64,000 nt of DNA from Camelus ferus (Eukaryota), in contig NC_045697.1 in NCBI RefSeq assembly GCF_009834535.1, positions 92,816,001-92,880,000 of the forward strand, given 5' to 3'. Positions 13,241-26,399 of this stretch are shown piece after piece. The notes beneath the pieces were generated by a model. That model was not told the DNA's origin, searched no databases, and saw nothing but the letters and a program-made list of their open reading frames with translations. The position numbers were made by a program, and so were the translations under genes. How positions within the stretch are numbered: the stretch's first letter is position 1; each line of letters opens with the position of its first letter.

Positions 13241-13635
13241 TGTATTAGTAAGAGTTATCCAGAGAGACAGAATTGATAGAGACAGAACCTCTAGAACCAT
13301 AGTCAGGCTCATCCAGAGAGAGTGAATCAATATTTATTATAAGGAATTGGTTTACACAATTGTGTCGGCTGGCGAGTCCAAACTCAGCAGTGGAGGCCGG
13401 AAGGCTGGATACTCAGGAGAGCTAATGGTGCCCATGACTTCTGAAGACAATCTCCTGGAGAACTCCTTCTTGCTCTGCTCAAGGAGTCAAATAATATATT
13501 TTTTTTTAATTCAAGCCTTCAGCTGATTAGATGAGCCCATATTATGGAGGGAAATCTACTTTACTCAAAGTTTGCTGACTTACGTGTTAATGTGATCAAA
13601 ACCCCCTCCAAGTTGACATAAATGTAACTGTCATG
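13241..13635 (-). mobile_element. MLT2-family (ERVL) solo LTR
   Basis: tgtattagt...ccagagagacagaa...tttattataaggaattgg...ggctggcgagtccaaa...gccttcagctgattagatgag...ctactttactcaaag...caagttgacataaa. Probable 5-bp TSD gggat/gtgat. Confidence 0.9.
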
Positions 13636-14429
13636 GTGATATTTCTGTATCTTCATCTAGATAGAGAGGTAGACTAAGTAAAAGTTGGTAACTATTTTGT
13701 GAATCATTAATAATGAAGGGATGGTTTCACTTTTTGTTTGGGAAATTTTTTAACTTTCTGTTTTCTAGTTACTCAGAATTATAAGCTCATACATAATATA
13801 TTGCCTATTAATTGTTTGACACCACTATTCACGCATGCCTAAATCTAACTGTAGATTGCTGTATTTTAATTTTAATATAACTCAATAGGTATTGCTGTTG
13901 CTTTTGAGACTTAGTTTTAGATCTTTAAATGGAAATTTATTGATAAATATTTGAAAAACTAGTAATATTATAGAAAAGAAAATTCTAAGAAGGAAAGAAA
14001 CTAACATTGCTTCTAAGTGATACACTCTTTATAACATTTAATTTTAAGCTAACATAAAAATATTGCAAGCTAATTTTAAAATGTCGTTTTGAACCATAAC
14101 ATTTATGTGGTTATCTCCTTATAAACCATTTTAATTTAACTGCAAGATGGGGTACTTTCCAGCTCTTTTTGACAAACATAATTCAAATGTTTTGTGGGGT
14201 TTTTTTTTTCCCTCCCTAACAAAGGAAAAAAATGTCACGGGGAATAGCATTGTAGGATGGTTTGGGGATAATGTAGTCCCATCCACTTATGTTGCCAGAA
14301 TTAGCAAGGCTATTATTATTGTTTTTTTAATCCAGAAACTGAAGAGACAGGCCTATATCCTTTTATCATCTCATTTTTTCCCCAAAGAACCACAAATTCT
14401 CAGTTATTCCTCTCAATTTATTTTCTTAA

Positions 14430-14540
14430 TATAACAATCCATCAGATATTTAATGAGCACATGCTATAAGAAATACACTTTGCTAGGTGTGGAGAGGAGT
14501 CGTGTGTGTGGAGAAAGATGAGGAAGTCATTGCCACTCTT
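14430..14540 (-). mobile_element. L2 3' end fragment
   Basis: catcagatatttaatgagcac...cactttgctaggtg. Confidence 0.55.
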
Positions 14541-16689
14541 TCTCACATTCTGGAATGTGATATGAGCTTTTTTCCCTTAAATGTACAGAGAAAATATTCA
14601 TATTATTTACATTAAATATTAGCAACAATACTACTCATTGGCAATGAGAAGTGAATTATTTTTACAGTTTATTGTTTATATAAGTTGAAGAGCTGCAGTT
14701 TTCATTCTTACTATTTCTATGGAGAAACAGACTCTACTACAGTTTATCTATATTTCTCTTATTATTTATAAATATGAAAAAACTTCATTAAATTAGCAAA
14801 AACGTGATTTTAATACCTCTATGTTTCAAAACTTCATGCAGTAATCTTGAGTTTTTTAAAACTGAATTATCAAAAACATCTTATTTTTCTAATACATAGA
14901 TTCAATCCAAGCAAAGTTAGAGAATAATGTCTTAGACAAGCGAGAAATATTTATTCAGAGTTCTAAGCAAACTTTTCTTACTTATCCTGGATCAACTCTC
15001 ATTCTGTTTCATCATAGAATTTAGTATATACGCAGAGTTGCATCTTGGGAAATTTGTTTTTGTTGTTTTCAAAAGAGTATTTCTTTAGTAGATTGCTTTA
15101 AAATATACTCTACATTCACACACAAAAAAAGCTAATGACGACTATCCTATATCAGGTTTTATCTAAAAATAGAGAAACAGAGCATCATGAAATACTCATT
15201 TGTAGGAGCAGATATGTTTTTCCTCATGAGGAAACTACAGTTTATTTACAGTCAATTTATAATATGTTGTCATAATCCTCTTTGCATAGTTTTCTCCAAA
15301 CAGAACTTAACACTGCTGGATAAAATTAATTTACTGACTTCTGTGGTATAAGATTGATTCTGTTGATAGATAATCAGATATTTATTCGGCTTTCACTAAG
15401 GTTTCGAAGAAGTTGCCTCAATTGCTGCAGGTAGGATAGGATTCAAACTATTCAAAATAAGAGAGGTGTTAAAATCACTTAAAAGGAACTAAAGGTCTAG
15501 TTTACTTTTTAAAAACAAGATCTAATTTACTGATTTGAATTTCTTCCATTGTTTCTATATATGAGTCTTATCAATAGTTTACAAATAGGATACTCATATA
15601 ATTAATCATATGTATGATGGTACATTTGAGTGTAAAAGGAGTCTTCTTAATAAATTTGATTAAAAAAACAGCAATTAATATATAGGTTCCTGGGAAAATA
15701 GGACAGAGATTCAACTTATCTATAAATAACTTAAGGAGAGGTGCCATTTTCTTAACCATAATATCGTAAGCACCTAGTGTAGCATATACTAGGTACTTAA
15801 TAAATGCAAATTTAAATAAATGATGGATTAATTGTTCAAAAGTAATAATTATGCCTTCTTTACAGTCATTTATTTATTATAAACTTTATCTATTACACCT
15901 GTAATTCAAATTCGATTAACTCTGACATTTTAGAAAATCATTGGTGTGTTAACTATTTCAGGGACAATTTATATTGTGTGAAATAGCCTTGACTGTGCTG
16001 TATTAGTATTCACATATCCTTTGTTGAATTAGGTTTCTATATCAAACAACATACATACACATTAACCTCATTTATCTAGACCCAAGTGTGGCAAAAGTAG
16101 AACGGTAGAAAAGTTTGGTAACTTACCTTTTAAGTGCTGGTGTCAGTGATGAGGGAATTTGTAAGGATATTTGTTTCCTCCTCATTGCTACTCATGATAT
16201 CAAGGAATCTTGATACACTGAATCATACTCCGAAATAAGGTATAATGATGTTCAAATAATTAAGATCTAAATAGACTCCTCAATCTGTTAACCCAGTTTT
16301 CATATGAGGTATGTTTATAAAATCCTAATAACATGATGGTCAATAGGAAAACTTTCGAAAATTCTTTGAATAAAAATCAAAATATCATCGTGGCTACCTA
16401 TTTCATAATTAGATAACTTAGGTTTATGGAATTGTAATGTCAGCTACAGTTTAAGGAAAGTAAAACTTCATCCTCAAACTCACATATAATAATAAACATG
16501 AGCAGAATTATTTTATATAACATGTGAATGGAACACAAGTAGCATAATTAAAGAGAAAAAATTAACAGGTGACAAGGTTGATTCTATTGAAAAGTTAGTT
16601 AGAATAGAATCTTAATTTATTCCTGGCACAGCCTCATAAAATTAAGGGAGCCAATGTAAGAATTCTAGTAAGGTCAATAAGGAGAGCGG

Positions 16690-16805
16690 CATAAGGAGAG
16701 GTGGATTCTTGTCTCTGTTGAGTATTTATCTGTATAGTTTCAGCCAATCATTTAATTTTCATTTCATATGTTTCTTCAACTGAAAAATTAGGAATAGGGA
16801 TAAAT
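16690..16805 (+). mobile_element. MIR core fragment
   Basis: ggattcttgtctctg...caatcatttaa...gtttcttcaactgaaaaat. Confidence 0.5.
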
Positions 16806-18860
16806 AAGAATTTCTAAAAATCTATTCATGGCAACCACTGGCATGTGTAATAGTCTTTCAAAAATTATGTTGTGTTTTAGGATTCAGTCTAGGACCATCC
16901 TCAAGATTAATCATTCACATTGCCATTATGAGAAGATTGCTGCAATAAAGCAGCATGCTTAACTATGTTCATCAGAGTAAGAATGAGACTTTTAGCACAA
17001 TTCTTTTCTTAAATTTCAATTTCTAGGAAGTGCTTTTGGGAGCTATGAACAAGACAATAGTTGTCATTTAATCTAATTCTTAGTGAATATATCAGGTGTG
17101 TTAAATCAATTATCTCATGAACATGTATGTCCAGTGTGATGAGAAAATTTTCTAGTTTTGTACAAGTAAAAAGTCTTTATATTTTATAGTTAATCCATAT
17201 CAAATTTCTATTTCAAATCTACCAAATTCCTGAACTGGGTTAATAAGGGAAGACAAAAGTTAATGTACTGATGAACAGTAATGCTATTTCACACCATTCC
17301 AATAAATTGAGTCTAATATGATTACTAAAACCTCAGTCAGTTTCCATGTTACAGTTGTCTTCCATCTTTGTCGGTTGAAACACCTCTCAGGACTTGGCAG
17401 AGCTTCCTGGCCCACAGCAGTCTGCTTGCCAAGCTCTTCTGCCTCCATCTTCCCTTACGGTGTTGCTGACCTGCTCAGATGAAAGATGAAGTGGGATTGG
17501 GTAAAACGTCTGCCAATAGGGCTGTCCATGTCTTGTGTGAAATAGGAGTTTTCACATCTGATCTCTCTTGATATTATTTTCCTCTGAAGAATTTTATGGT
17601 CAGTATAGCTTAAAGTCAAGAGGCTTACATACATGGACGGGGCGTGATAAATCCAACAGTAACAGATCGAACCTGTACAACTCAATGTATGTGAACTTCA
17701 GGAGTTTTGGTCTGATTCCTGATTAGTTGCTTCGTGCCCACTTGTCTTTGATACATTCAAACCTTTGCCTACCCTTTAAGAGCTTTAAAAAAGCCTACAC
17801 ATGCTCAAAACTGCTTTTAGATAGTTTTCCCCATTATGCCACTTTTTCTGAAGTCCTTTTCCATGTTCTGCACACCAATGGCAATTCTGATCATGAAGAT
17901 AGAGGAATGCAGAGAAATATTTATGCATATCATGCGGGCCCAGAAATACCACTTAAATAAAACTAACAAAACCCAGTGATAGCAGTTTACCAGGTATATA
18001 ACATTTGGAGATGGAGCAAATATTCTGCCTAATATGATTAAGTAGATACATGCTTTGCCACTGCTTTTAAAAGCCTTTGTGTTATTGGCTGTTTTCAACT
18101 CTTGTAAATTAGTTTTTTCAATAAGAATCTATAAAATAAAGCCAATTGAAAAGGCCACACTGGAGAGGTAATCTTCATGCAAAAAGAAAAGCACAGCCAG
18201 GTGACCACACTTAGAATTAATATGTATAATTATTATAAAGGAATAACTGCTTAGTGTTTGTTTTAGAATTGACCCCCAAAGTTTCAATTTTTAAATTGTG
18301 ACTTCAAGTTTTAAGTAACTTATAACTGGTTGGGAATAGTTCTATATCCACTGATTTAAAAATATATATAATTGAGTTGCAATTTTTTTATTATTCATAG
18401 AAAATGTGCTTCAGAGTCTTCAGTAAATGTTTCAGTATCTGATTAGTCATCAAAGCATTTCAATTAACTAATAAGATTTGTTGTTGTCATGGTAGTAGAG
18501 ATAGTGGTGCTTTGGGTTTTATGTTTTCTTGTTTTGCTTTTTGTTTTTATTTTGATTTTCATCCTACAACTTTAAAAATCACTCATCATTACTTTAAATT
18601 CCATACTAATGTTAAAAATAAATGATGACAGAGATAACATAATTGAAATCTCCTCTGGGGAGTATCTTAGAAGTAGCCTTTGTAGAATCTTTTATGTGGC
18701 CGCTATTTAACAAATATCTTCAAGTTATTGTTGAATTATAATGCATATTTGGAAGACAATGGATTAAAACACTTTTAAACTCTTACGTTTGAATCATGAT
18801 TAAAAAAAATAATAAAAACCAGAATCTTGAAGGTTTTCTTATAGCCAAAAGATTATTCCA

Positions 18861-19002
18861 CACAGGGAACTATATTCAACATCTTGTAATGGCATGTAAT
18901 AAAAAATAATATGAAAAAAAAGTGTATGTACAACTGAATCACTATACTGTACACCAGAAATTAACACAACACTGTAAATCGACTATACTTCAATTTAAAA
19001 AA
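18861..19002 (+). mobile_element. Short cetartiodactyl-type L1 3' end
   Basis: cacagggaactatattcaa...ctgaatcactatactgtacaccagaaattaacacaacactgtaaatcgactatacttcaatt+A. Confidence 0.9.
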
Positions 19003-19199
19003 CTGGATTCCTTTCCAGTTAACTATGGGTTGTTCCCTTGTGTTAATGATACTGTATTTTCATTTTACACATTTACGAGGGCCAGGGGAGTGCACTCCGC
19101 TTTATGAACCCTGATATGGCATCAGAGAAGCTTTGTGAAGAAAAAATGATGGTGTGCACTTGAATCTTTATAAACAAAACTAATAAAGTCTTGCAGAGA

Positions 19200-21400
19200 A
19201 AAATATACACTTTATCTGTGACTGTAGTCAGAATTGGGCCTGAGAAGATGAGAGGCAGAGATCAACAAAGGTTTGATACAGCCCACCCTTTGGACTGTGT
19301 GGCTATGCTTCTGCTTTCCATTGAATCCAACCAATCACAGCATACTCAAGGCGGTGGGAAGTTACAGCCTCTATACATCATTAGTGTGCGAGGGCAACAG
19401 GCTGCAGCCCTGACTATGTCAACTGGCGCTAAATATGTGGCTGATGTTATATTCCCACTCCTCCTTCACTCGTCAATGATTTCTTTTATAGTCAATCACT
19501 GTTTTAGTTAGTCCACAGGGAGTGAGCAAGATCTCCCTGCGTTGCCTTGCTTTTGTTAAACTTTGGTTTCTGCAACTGCTAATTCACAATTTTCACCAGA
19601 CATGGAAGTCCCACAATAACCCCTGTTGATCTTCTCTCCCCATTGTTCAGCAATTTACCCTAGTTTCTCATAGCAGTAAGGAAAGATTACATGTAGCAGT
19701 ATCACTTTTTTTTCCTTTCATTTTCTTTATATTCACGGGCATGAGTTGCCCAGTGTGATCAGGTATAATTTAGAACCTTGAGTTTAATAAAAACTTACTA
19801 TCTCTGATGGTGGAAAATTTCCTCCAGGGAAATAGGACCTCCAGTGTAGAGCAGCTAGTGTTTATCAGGATAGGAAGTAAAATTTGTATTATTGGGTCAA
19901 AGGGAGTGATTGATCCATGATTTCCTGACCCATAGCTTTGGAAAACCCAGCACCATACACTATCCATTAGTTCAATAACTACACTGCATTCTGGAGGATA
20001 GATAGCATACCAACTATGTGGGATTTTTTTTTCCCCTCCAAACTAGTAACTTAACCAAACTTTTAGTAGATCTTTAATCATTATATTGGGTGAGAAGCCT
20101 TTAGTCTATGAAACGTGGTATGACCTGCAGACTTTATGGTCCTTCACCTGTGGACGTCTTAGTATGAGACAAATTTTTGTAGAAATCTCATGGCAAAGAA
20201 TAGCAATTATGTTGTTATGCTGTGTCTGTTGGTGATACAGAGGTGTTGCATACAGAAAAGGAGAGAAAGAAAATCCTTCTTTTTAAGTCAAAAAAGGGAA
20301 TCCTTTTTTGGGGGAAAGCTATATGTTGGGCCATATAGCTTTATATAAAAAAAATTTTATAGAAGCCATATAGCTTCTATAAAAAACAAATGACCAAGTA
20401 TACTGCCCAGTGCTCTACATGCTAGGAAGATTTTTCTTCACTCTTTTTCTCTAGATCCACTCTGACTATGGCTTCAGTGTGGCAGTTCATTTTCAGCTTG
20501 CTATAACATCGCAATCTGATTCATCTGTCAACTAGGTCTGAGTTCTTCCCTCATTTATCAGTTGCCATAGTGAAACTTCGTAAGGATGGGCATCAGTGCA
20601 ACAGCGTTGGATAATACAGTATAGACTAGGCCATTTGTTCATGGAACATGCGTGGAGACCGTATCTCAAAAGTAGCATTTACATCATATGATGGATTCTT
20701 TATCTGATACAACCAGTTTTTTGTTGGTCAACTCTAATTGCTTATTCATTTGAGACCACACGATGAGAAGCTCTGTGTCTATAGACTCCAGAGCATGTGA
20801 AAATCTGCTTTTAAAAATGTTGACATAGCATTTCTCCTGGCCTCAGGGGTTTGTACTAGGAATCTTCTGCTGTACCTTGCAATGGAATCTAGATAACAAC
20901 CTTATTGACAGTCAGTATCTCTGACTCATCTGACATCACTGGATTGGCTGATTCACATGGTCCAAGCAATAGTGGAATTTTACTCATTGCCTTGACCTGC
21001 TACAGAGCCCTCCCTTGCAGTATACAACTACATCGTATAACTCAAACCTGATAACATTCTGACTCATTTGAGAAATGAGTCCAATCATTTGTTTCCAAGA
21101 ATGGTGTGTACCATCTCCACAATGGAAAGAGGTCCAGCAAGGACTGGCTCCTTCTTTCTTACATTGGGGAGCACAAGGTGAAACAATTCCTGCTCTCTCT
21201 GGAGGAGAGGCTCTAACATGCCATGCACGGTAAGACTTCTACATTTTACCAGTGTGGCAGATCTCTGAATCTTCTGAGAGTTTATCTCAATATCAAGGCA
21301 CTGAGGTTGGTTAATCATCATTTTCTGATAAACTGGTACAACTAGAGTGATGTCCCCATTTTAGTGGCAGTGAGGAATAGTGAGATGTTCTGCAAAACAT
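19200..21400 (-). mobile_element. ERVL-class provirus remnant (RT end, RNase H, integrase, dUTPase-like region, PPT, start of 3' LTR)
   Basis: ORF 21085-21321(-) EINSQKIQRSATLVK...LFHLVLPNVRKKE resembles ERVL RT EINPTKIQGPSTSVK...LLHLAPPTTKKE. ORF 19770-19967(-) GSGNHG..ITPFDP..ILLP..LEVLFP resembles the ERVL IN C-terminus. PPT ccaaagggtgggc followed by TGTA at 19293-19277(-). Confidence 0.85.
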
Positions 21401-21829
21401 AAAAATGATCAAGCTCCTTATGTTCTATACTATGAGAAAGAACAAAATATTTAACAAGTCTTTGGAAAAGAGATTGGAAGTGTCTTGCTCTTTCTATGTA
21501 AAATAAAGGAGTTTTGATGTTTCATAAAGATTGGAGAAGGGGAAGAGGCTCTGCTCATTTTTTTCCCAGTTTATTTTCTCTCTTTTTTTCAGATGAGATT
21601 ATTTCTATTGTTATAGCTTCAAATTCACTGTGTTTGGAGACTTTTCTTTGAGCAAAATATTTGTCCTATGGTTTCTATAATTAAGCTGACTTCTATACTT
21701 TAAAACATTAATTAGGTCATCAATTGTGCTATGACCAGAATCTTTTTTGGGGGAGGGGAGCTCCCAAATATATTAGAGTATTTTAATTTTTATTTATTCC
21801 CACGCCTTCTCTGTTTTGTGACATATATT

Positions 21830-22170
21830 TTCCCTTCTGCATTTTTCTCACCTGTAGATTTTCCATGGGACCCCTCACTCTTACTTTCATTCTCAATTAT
21901 TACTTAATACTCATGACTTTTATCACCATCTTTACTTTCATTTCCAATCTCTCAAGCCCAGGAGCTACATTTTTAACAACCAATTGGATATTCCCCTCTA
22001 GTTGTTCAAAAAATAATTAAACAAAGCATATCTTAAAATAAGCATATTGTGTCATATTTCATCATAATTTTCTTTTCCAGTTAAGTCAGAAGCATAGGAA
22101 GTATCTCAGTAGTCCCTTTTTTCCCCTGAGCATGCATATTCAGTCAGTTACATGTTACTCTTCTTAAATT
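21830..22170 (+). mobile_element. L2 fragment
   Basis: ctcatgactttt...ccaatctctcaagcccag...caattggatattcc...aaagcatatcttaaa...gtcagaagcataggaagtatc. Confidence 0.5.
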
Positions 22171-25100
22171 CCTGTGAGAATGCTAGGATTCTCACTCACC
22201 AGATTATGTTATTTTATTCTTTAGAGTGAAATACAAATTTCTTATGATTCATATTACCTTTATAAGTATCATTTGTTTCTTAGCCAAACTTACCTTGACT
22301 ATAAAGAGTTAAAGTTGTCATACGTGCTTTTTGGTTGAGACTTCTGCTCTCATCTTTGCAACATCCCCTAACTTGAGCTTCCTCCTGCACAAGAGGTGGA
22401 GTCTAATCCAGAAAATCACTTCCAAAAGTTAGGGGCTGCTGCCTGTGGGCACGTATCACGGAGTGATAACTATGCCTTTTTCTGATTTAAGTACTTTTCA
22501 GATTTATCCTCTGTGCACTACTTGAGACCATACTTTTCACTCCAGAATATCTCAGGGCTCACGTTTGCCTGAAATAAAACTGGGCTTGCTTAGCTTAGCG
22601 GGTATTGGTTCTGGTCTGTTCAGGTGAACTTTCCCTTTCTGGATGGGTGGTGCTTCCTTGCCTTGTGTGACTCGTTTCACTTCCATTATTCCACAAAAGT
22701 CATGCTGTTCTTATCCTGTTGTCTACTTCCTCAAAAAGCAACATCTACCCTTTGTTGGATTCCTAATATAAACATGCACTCAGCCTACTGTCATTTTAAA
22801 CAAATGCCATGTTTGACACTAGTTGTATTAAATATATCAAGATGTTTTTATCTCTTGTAATCATATCTGAGTGAAGTTGTACACTTTAAAGTACATTTAA
22901 TCCATGTTACATTTTGACTGTAGACAGTTATGTGTATGTATGTGTATATATGTATTTCTTTGCATAAACATATTCTATATTTTATAAATATTATCAAGAA
23001 GCATGATAAGAATCAATTAAAATATGTACAAATTAGATTTTTTTTTTCTTGCTCAAGGTAGACATTCAGAGTATGGTGGTGAATATACTTTTTTGAAAAG
23101 AACATTTAAGTGGGTAATAAAGAAAAGACCAAGATAAGCTCAGCCCCTCCATACATAAAATATATTGTGTTTGGTGAGCAGTGCCACTCATTATGTTTCT
23201 TCAAGCATTTCATTGTTTTTAATGTCTCTGTTCAACATGAGCTATCCTTTTTCTATTTTTAAATCTTGGTAATTCTGCATGCCACTATTCTTGCCAAGTA
23301 GTTTGTAGCAGTGTCATATTGCTAGAGGTCATAATTCAATATATATTTTAAGTGCTTACACTTTCTTCCTTTGTAGTTACCCCCATTTCACCTCTTGTAT
23401 ACAATGTCTCACAGAAATGCTCTGGGGTTTTATTTGTATTTATTCTCCATAAATCTTAGCCTAGCAGGCTAGTGAACCAACAGCCATCCTTTAATTGCCT
23501 GCAGACTGGCTGACTTCCAGTACCTCATTGCTAGTGGTTCTGTTTAGTCTTTTCATGTTATTTGTTTAATAGTATAATTTTTTTCAGGACCTGCTGAACA
23601 CAGCTGTTCATGATATTTCTCTTCATTAAACTATCACGTGGCACAAGAAGGTATGTTTGAAAGGTCAGAAACAAAGCATGAGAATAAGCCAATTGAAAAT
23701 AAAAGTGTGTTGTTCAGACAAAGTTGTATTTCTGAGGAGATAAAATAACTTTGGTTTAAATAAATAAAAGATATATAACTGCATTCTGTTATGTGAGAAT
23801 GTGCTTTCTTGATCCCTGTTCATATATTTAAGTCCTCTTCGTGTGAAAAAATATTTTTTCTCTTATTTATGTTTTTGCTCTCTTACTCAGTTTTCACAGG
23901 TTGAATATTATGAATTTCTATCATTTCTATGTACTAGAATCCACTTATATTGAAAGAAAACAGTTGAGTCAAGTGTTGCAAAATATTTTATTTGAGATAA
24001 TCTTAGTTAATGCATGAGAAATTTTCTTCTACACAGCCTATTCCAACTTCATTTTATTTTAATACATCTTGGCTATTTGATTGGAACAGCAACTATTGAA
24101 CACTATATATATATACACACACATATATGTGTATATATGTATATTTAAACTCAGGGTTTACGTCCTCATGGTTGTTCTCTACTTTTTCTGTGTTTCTCTT
24201 AACTTTTACCGAGTTTTTCAAATGATTACATTAAAACAATACTGCTATTTGATACAGTTGACAGGTTCATCTTTGGCACATAAAAATAGGGTGGTTATAG
24301 TTCAATATTCTGTGAATTGCATGCATTATTACTACCACAGTACTAAAATGAACACGTCTAAAATTAAAGCTTTGTATAAGCTCTTGGAGTATAAAAAGAT
24401 TTAGAAAAAAAGACTCAAATGATAATTATCAAAACACAAAACACTTCATTAAGTACATAAAAATAATAAAATTTTTTAAATGATGAAATCTGTGAAGTGA
24501 TGATGGAGAAAGGGAGAAAAGATTTATCTCTTTAGCTAAGTATGTATTATAGAAGAATAATAAAAATGTAAAGACCTGGGAAATTATTTTCATCTCTTAT
24601 TGTAATCACTTGACTTCTGTAGTCCTGCTGGCAATATAAATGTTGATGTTTGAATCCATGTGGGTTATAAAAAGCATCACTAGAAGGTCATTATCATTTT
24701 TAGTTTTCATCCCATGTTTAATATCTCATTGATAGATAATGATACAACTGTTGACTTATTTGCCTAAAAATTTGTAATCACTATTAAAATGTTGGCTGTA
24801 ATACCCCTGTAATACAAAACTCTCAGTTATACAATTTAAGTGTAGATAATATTATTGATGAAATAAACATCTGAATCTTATTATATAAAAATTTAGGTAA
24901 AATATTGTTTCCACAAATTCATCAACACATTTTATCAACCATAAAAATTTAAATAAGTAATATTGTTAAGGTATATAAAAATTAAAATAGTTACTCTTTT
25001 AACCACTTAGTATTGAAAATCTCAAGTTAACAAACAGCAACATAGTGTGTGAGCAAAGGCTTCAGAATTATTGGTACACTTAGGACAATTAAGATGTACA

Positions 25101-25231
25101 ATGAATATGCAAGGGTTTTATCTCATTGATAGATGAAACCAAAACTGTGCCACTTCATTAATCACATTCCTGTCCAAATGCTCACTTCAGAATAGTCAAT
25201 TATATTTGTCTATTAATATCTTTCTGTATCT

Positions 25232-25277
25232 GGAGAGTGAGTGAGAGAGAGAAAAAGAGAGACAGAGACAGAGAGAA
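25232..25277. repeat. (GA)n-like microsatellite
   Basis: gagagtgagtgagagagagaaaaagagagacagagacagagaga. Confidence 0.8.
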
Positions 25278-25396
25278 TCAAAACTATATCAGTTTAAGAA
25301 ATGTTACAAACAAAACACTAGGTATATAATCTTGGTGAATAAGACACAATGTTGTGGAGCTTATATTCTATAGATAAATATGTATATAATCTCGAA

Positions 25397-26257
25397 TTTT
25401 TTTTTCATCTTTTTTATTGAAGGATAGTTGATTTACAATGTTGTGTTAGTTTCAGGTGTACAGCAAAGTAATTCAATTATGCATATACATGTATATATTC
25501 CTTTTCAGATTCCTTTCCATTATAGGTTATTGCAAGATATTGAATATAGTTTCCTGTGCTATACAGTAGGACCTTGTTGTTTGGTGTGTAGGTTTATTTC
25601 TAGGCTCTCTATACTGTTCTATTGATCTGTTTTGTTTCAGTACCACCCTACTTTGATTACTGTAGCTTCGTAGTATTGTCTGAAGTCTGGGAAGTCATGC
25701 CTTCAGCTTTGTTCTTTTTCTTCAGATTGCTTTGGCAATTCTGGGTCTTTTATAATTCTATACAAATTTTAGGATTATTTGTTCTAGTTCTGTGAAAAAT
25801 GTCATGGGTAATTTGATACAGATCATATTAAATCTGTAGATTGCTTTGGGTAGTATGGTCATTTTAACAGTATTACTTCTTCCAATCCAAGAGAATGGAA
25901 TATATTTCCATCTCTTTATATCATCTCCAGTGTCCCTTATCAATGTTTTATAGTTCTCAATGTATAAGTTCTTTACCTCCTTGGTCAGGCTTATTCCTAA
26001 GTCTTTTTGTTGTTGTTGTTGTTTTTTAATGTGATTTAAAGAGATTATTTTTTTACTTCCCGTTTCTGATAATTCATTGTTAGTGTAAAGAAACGCAACA
26101 GATTTATGTAAGTTAGTCATATGTCTGCTACCTTGCTAAATTCATTTATCAGTTCTAATAGTTTTTGTGTGGCATCTTTAGGGTTTTCATCATGTAGTAT
26201 CATGTCATCTTGCATATAATGACAATTTTACTTCTTCCCTTCCAGTTTGGATACTTT
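25397..26257 (-). mobile_element. Cetartiodactyl-type L1, 5' truncated, internally deleted
   Basis: tttattgaaggatagttgatttacaatgttgtgttagtttcaggtgtacagc 3' end. ORF 25758-26120(-) [11 protein letters not shown]...[28 protein letters not shown] is L1 ORF2. Confidence 0.93.
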
Positions 26258-26399
26258 AAAATAAAACTAGTTTTTAATCATAGGCTCTATTCCAAACATT
26301 GCTGAACATCATGAATTCTGACTGGGTATTTTTATTTTTCAGATTTCTGCTATACGGGACCTAGTTTATGGGCCTCTTTGAAATCCCTTGGGTTCATCT

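Noticed and set aside
16121..16220. Minus-strand AAG|GTAAGT donor (another at 6429-6437)
   Set aside because: Upstream segment is closed in all frames and the acceptor is weak. Such motifs are common by chance in AT-rich DNA.
22330..22750. GC-richer block with AATAAA, LTR-like
   Set aside because: Could not assign termini or a family by eye; probably an old LTR fragment.
23588..23650. Plus-strand AG...AAG|GTATGT candidate exon (63 bp)
   Set aside because: Stop codons in all three frames and no supporting partner exons.
25758..26120. 120-aa ORF with poly-Q
   Set aside because: L1 ORF2 remnant; the Q run comes from a (TTG)n microsatellite.
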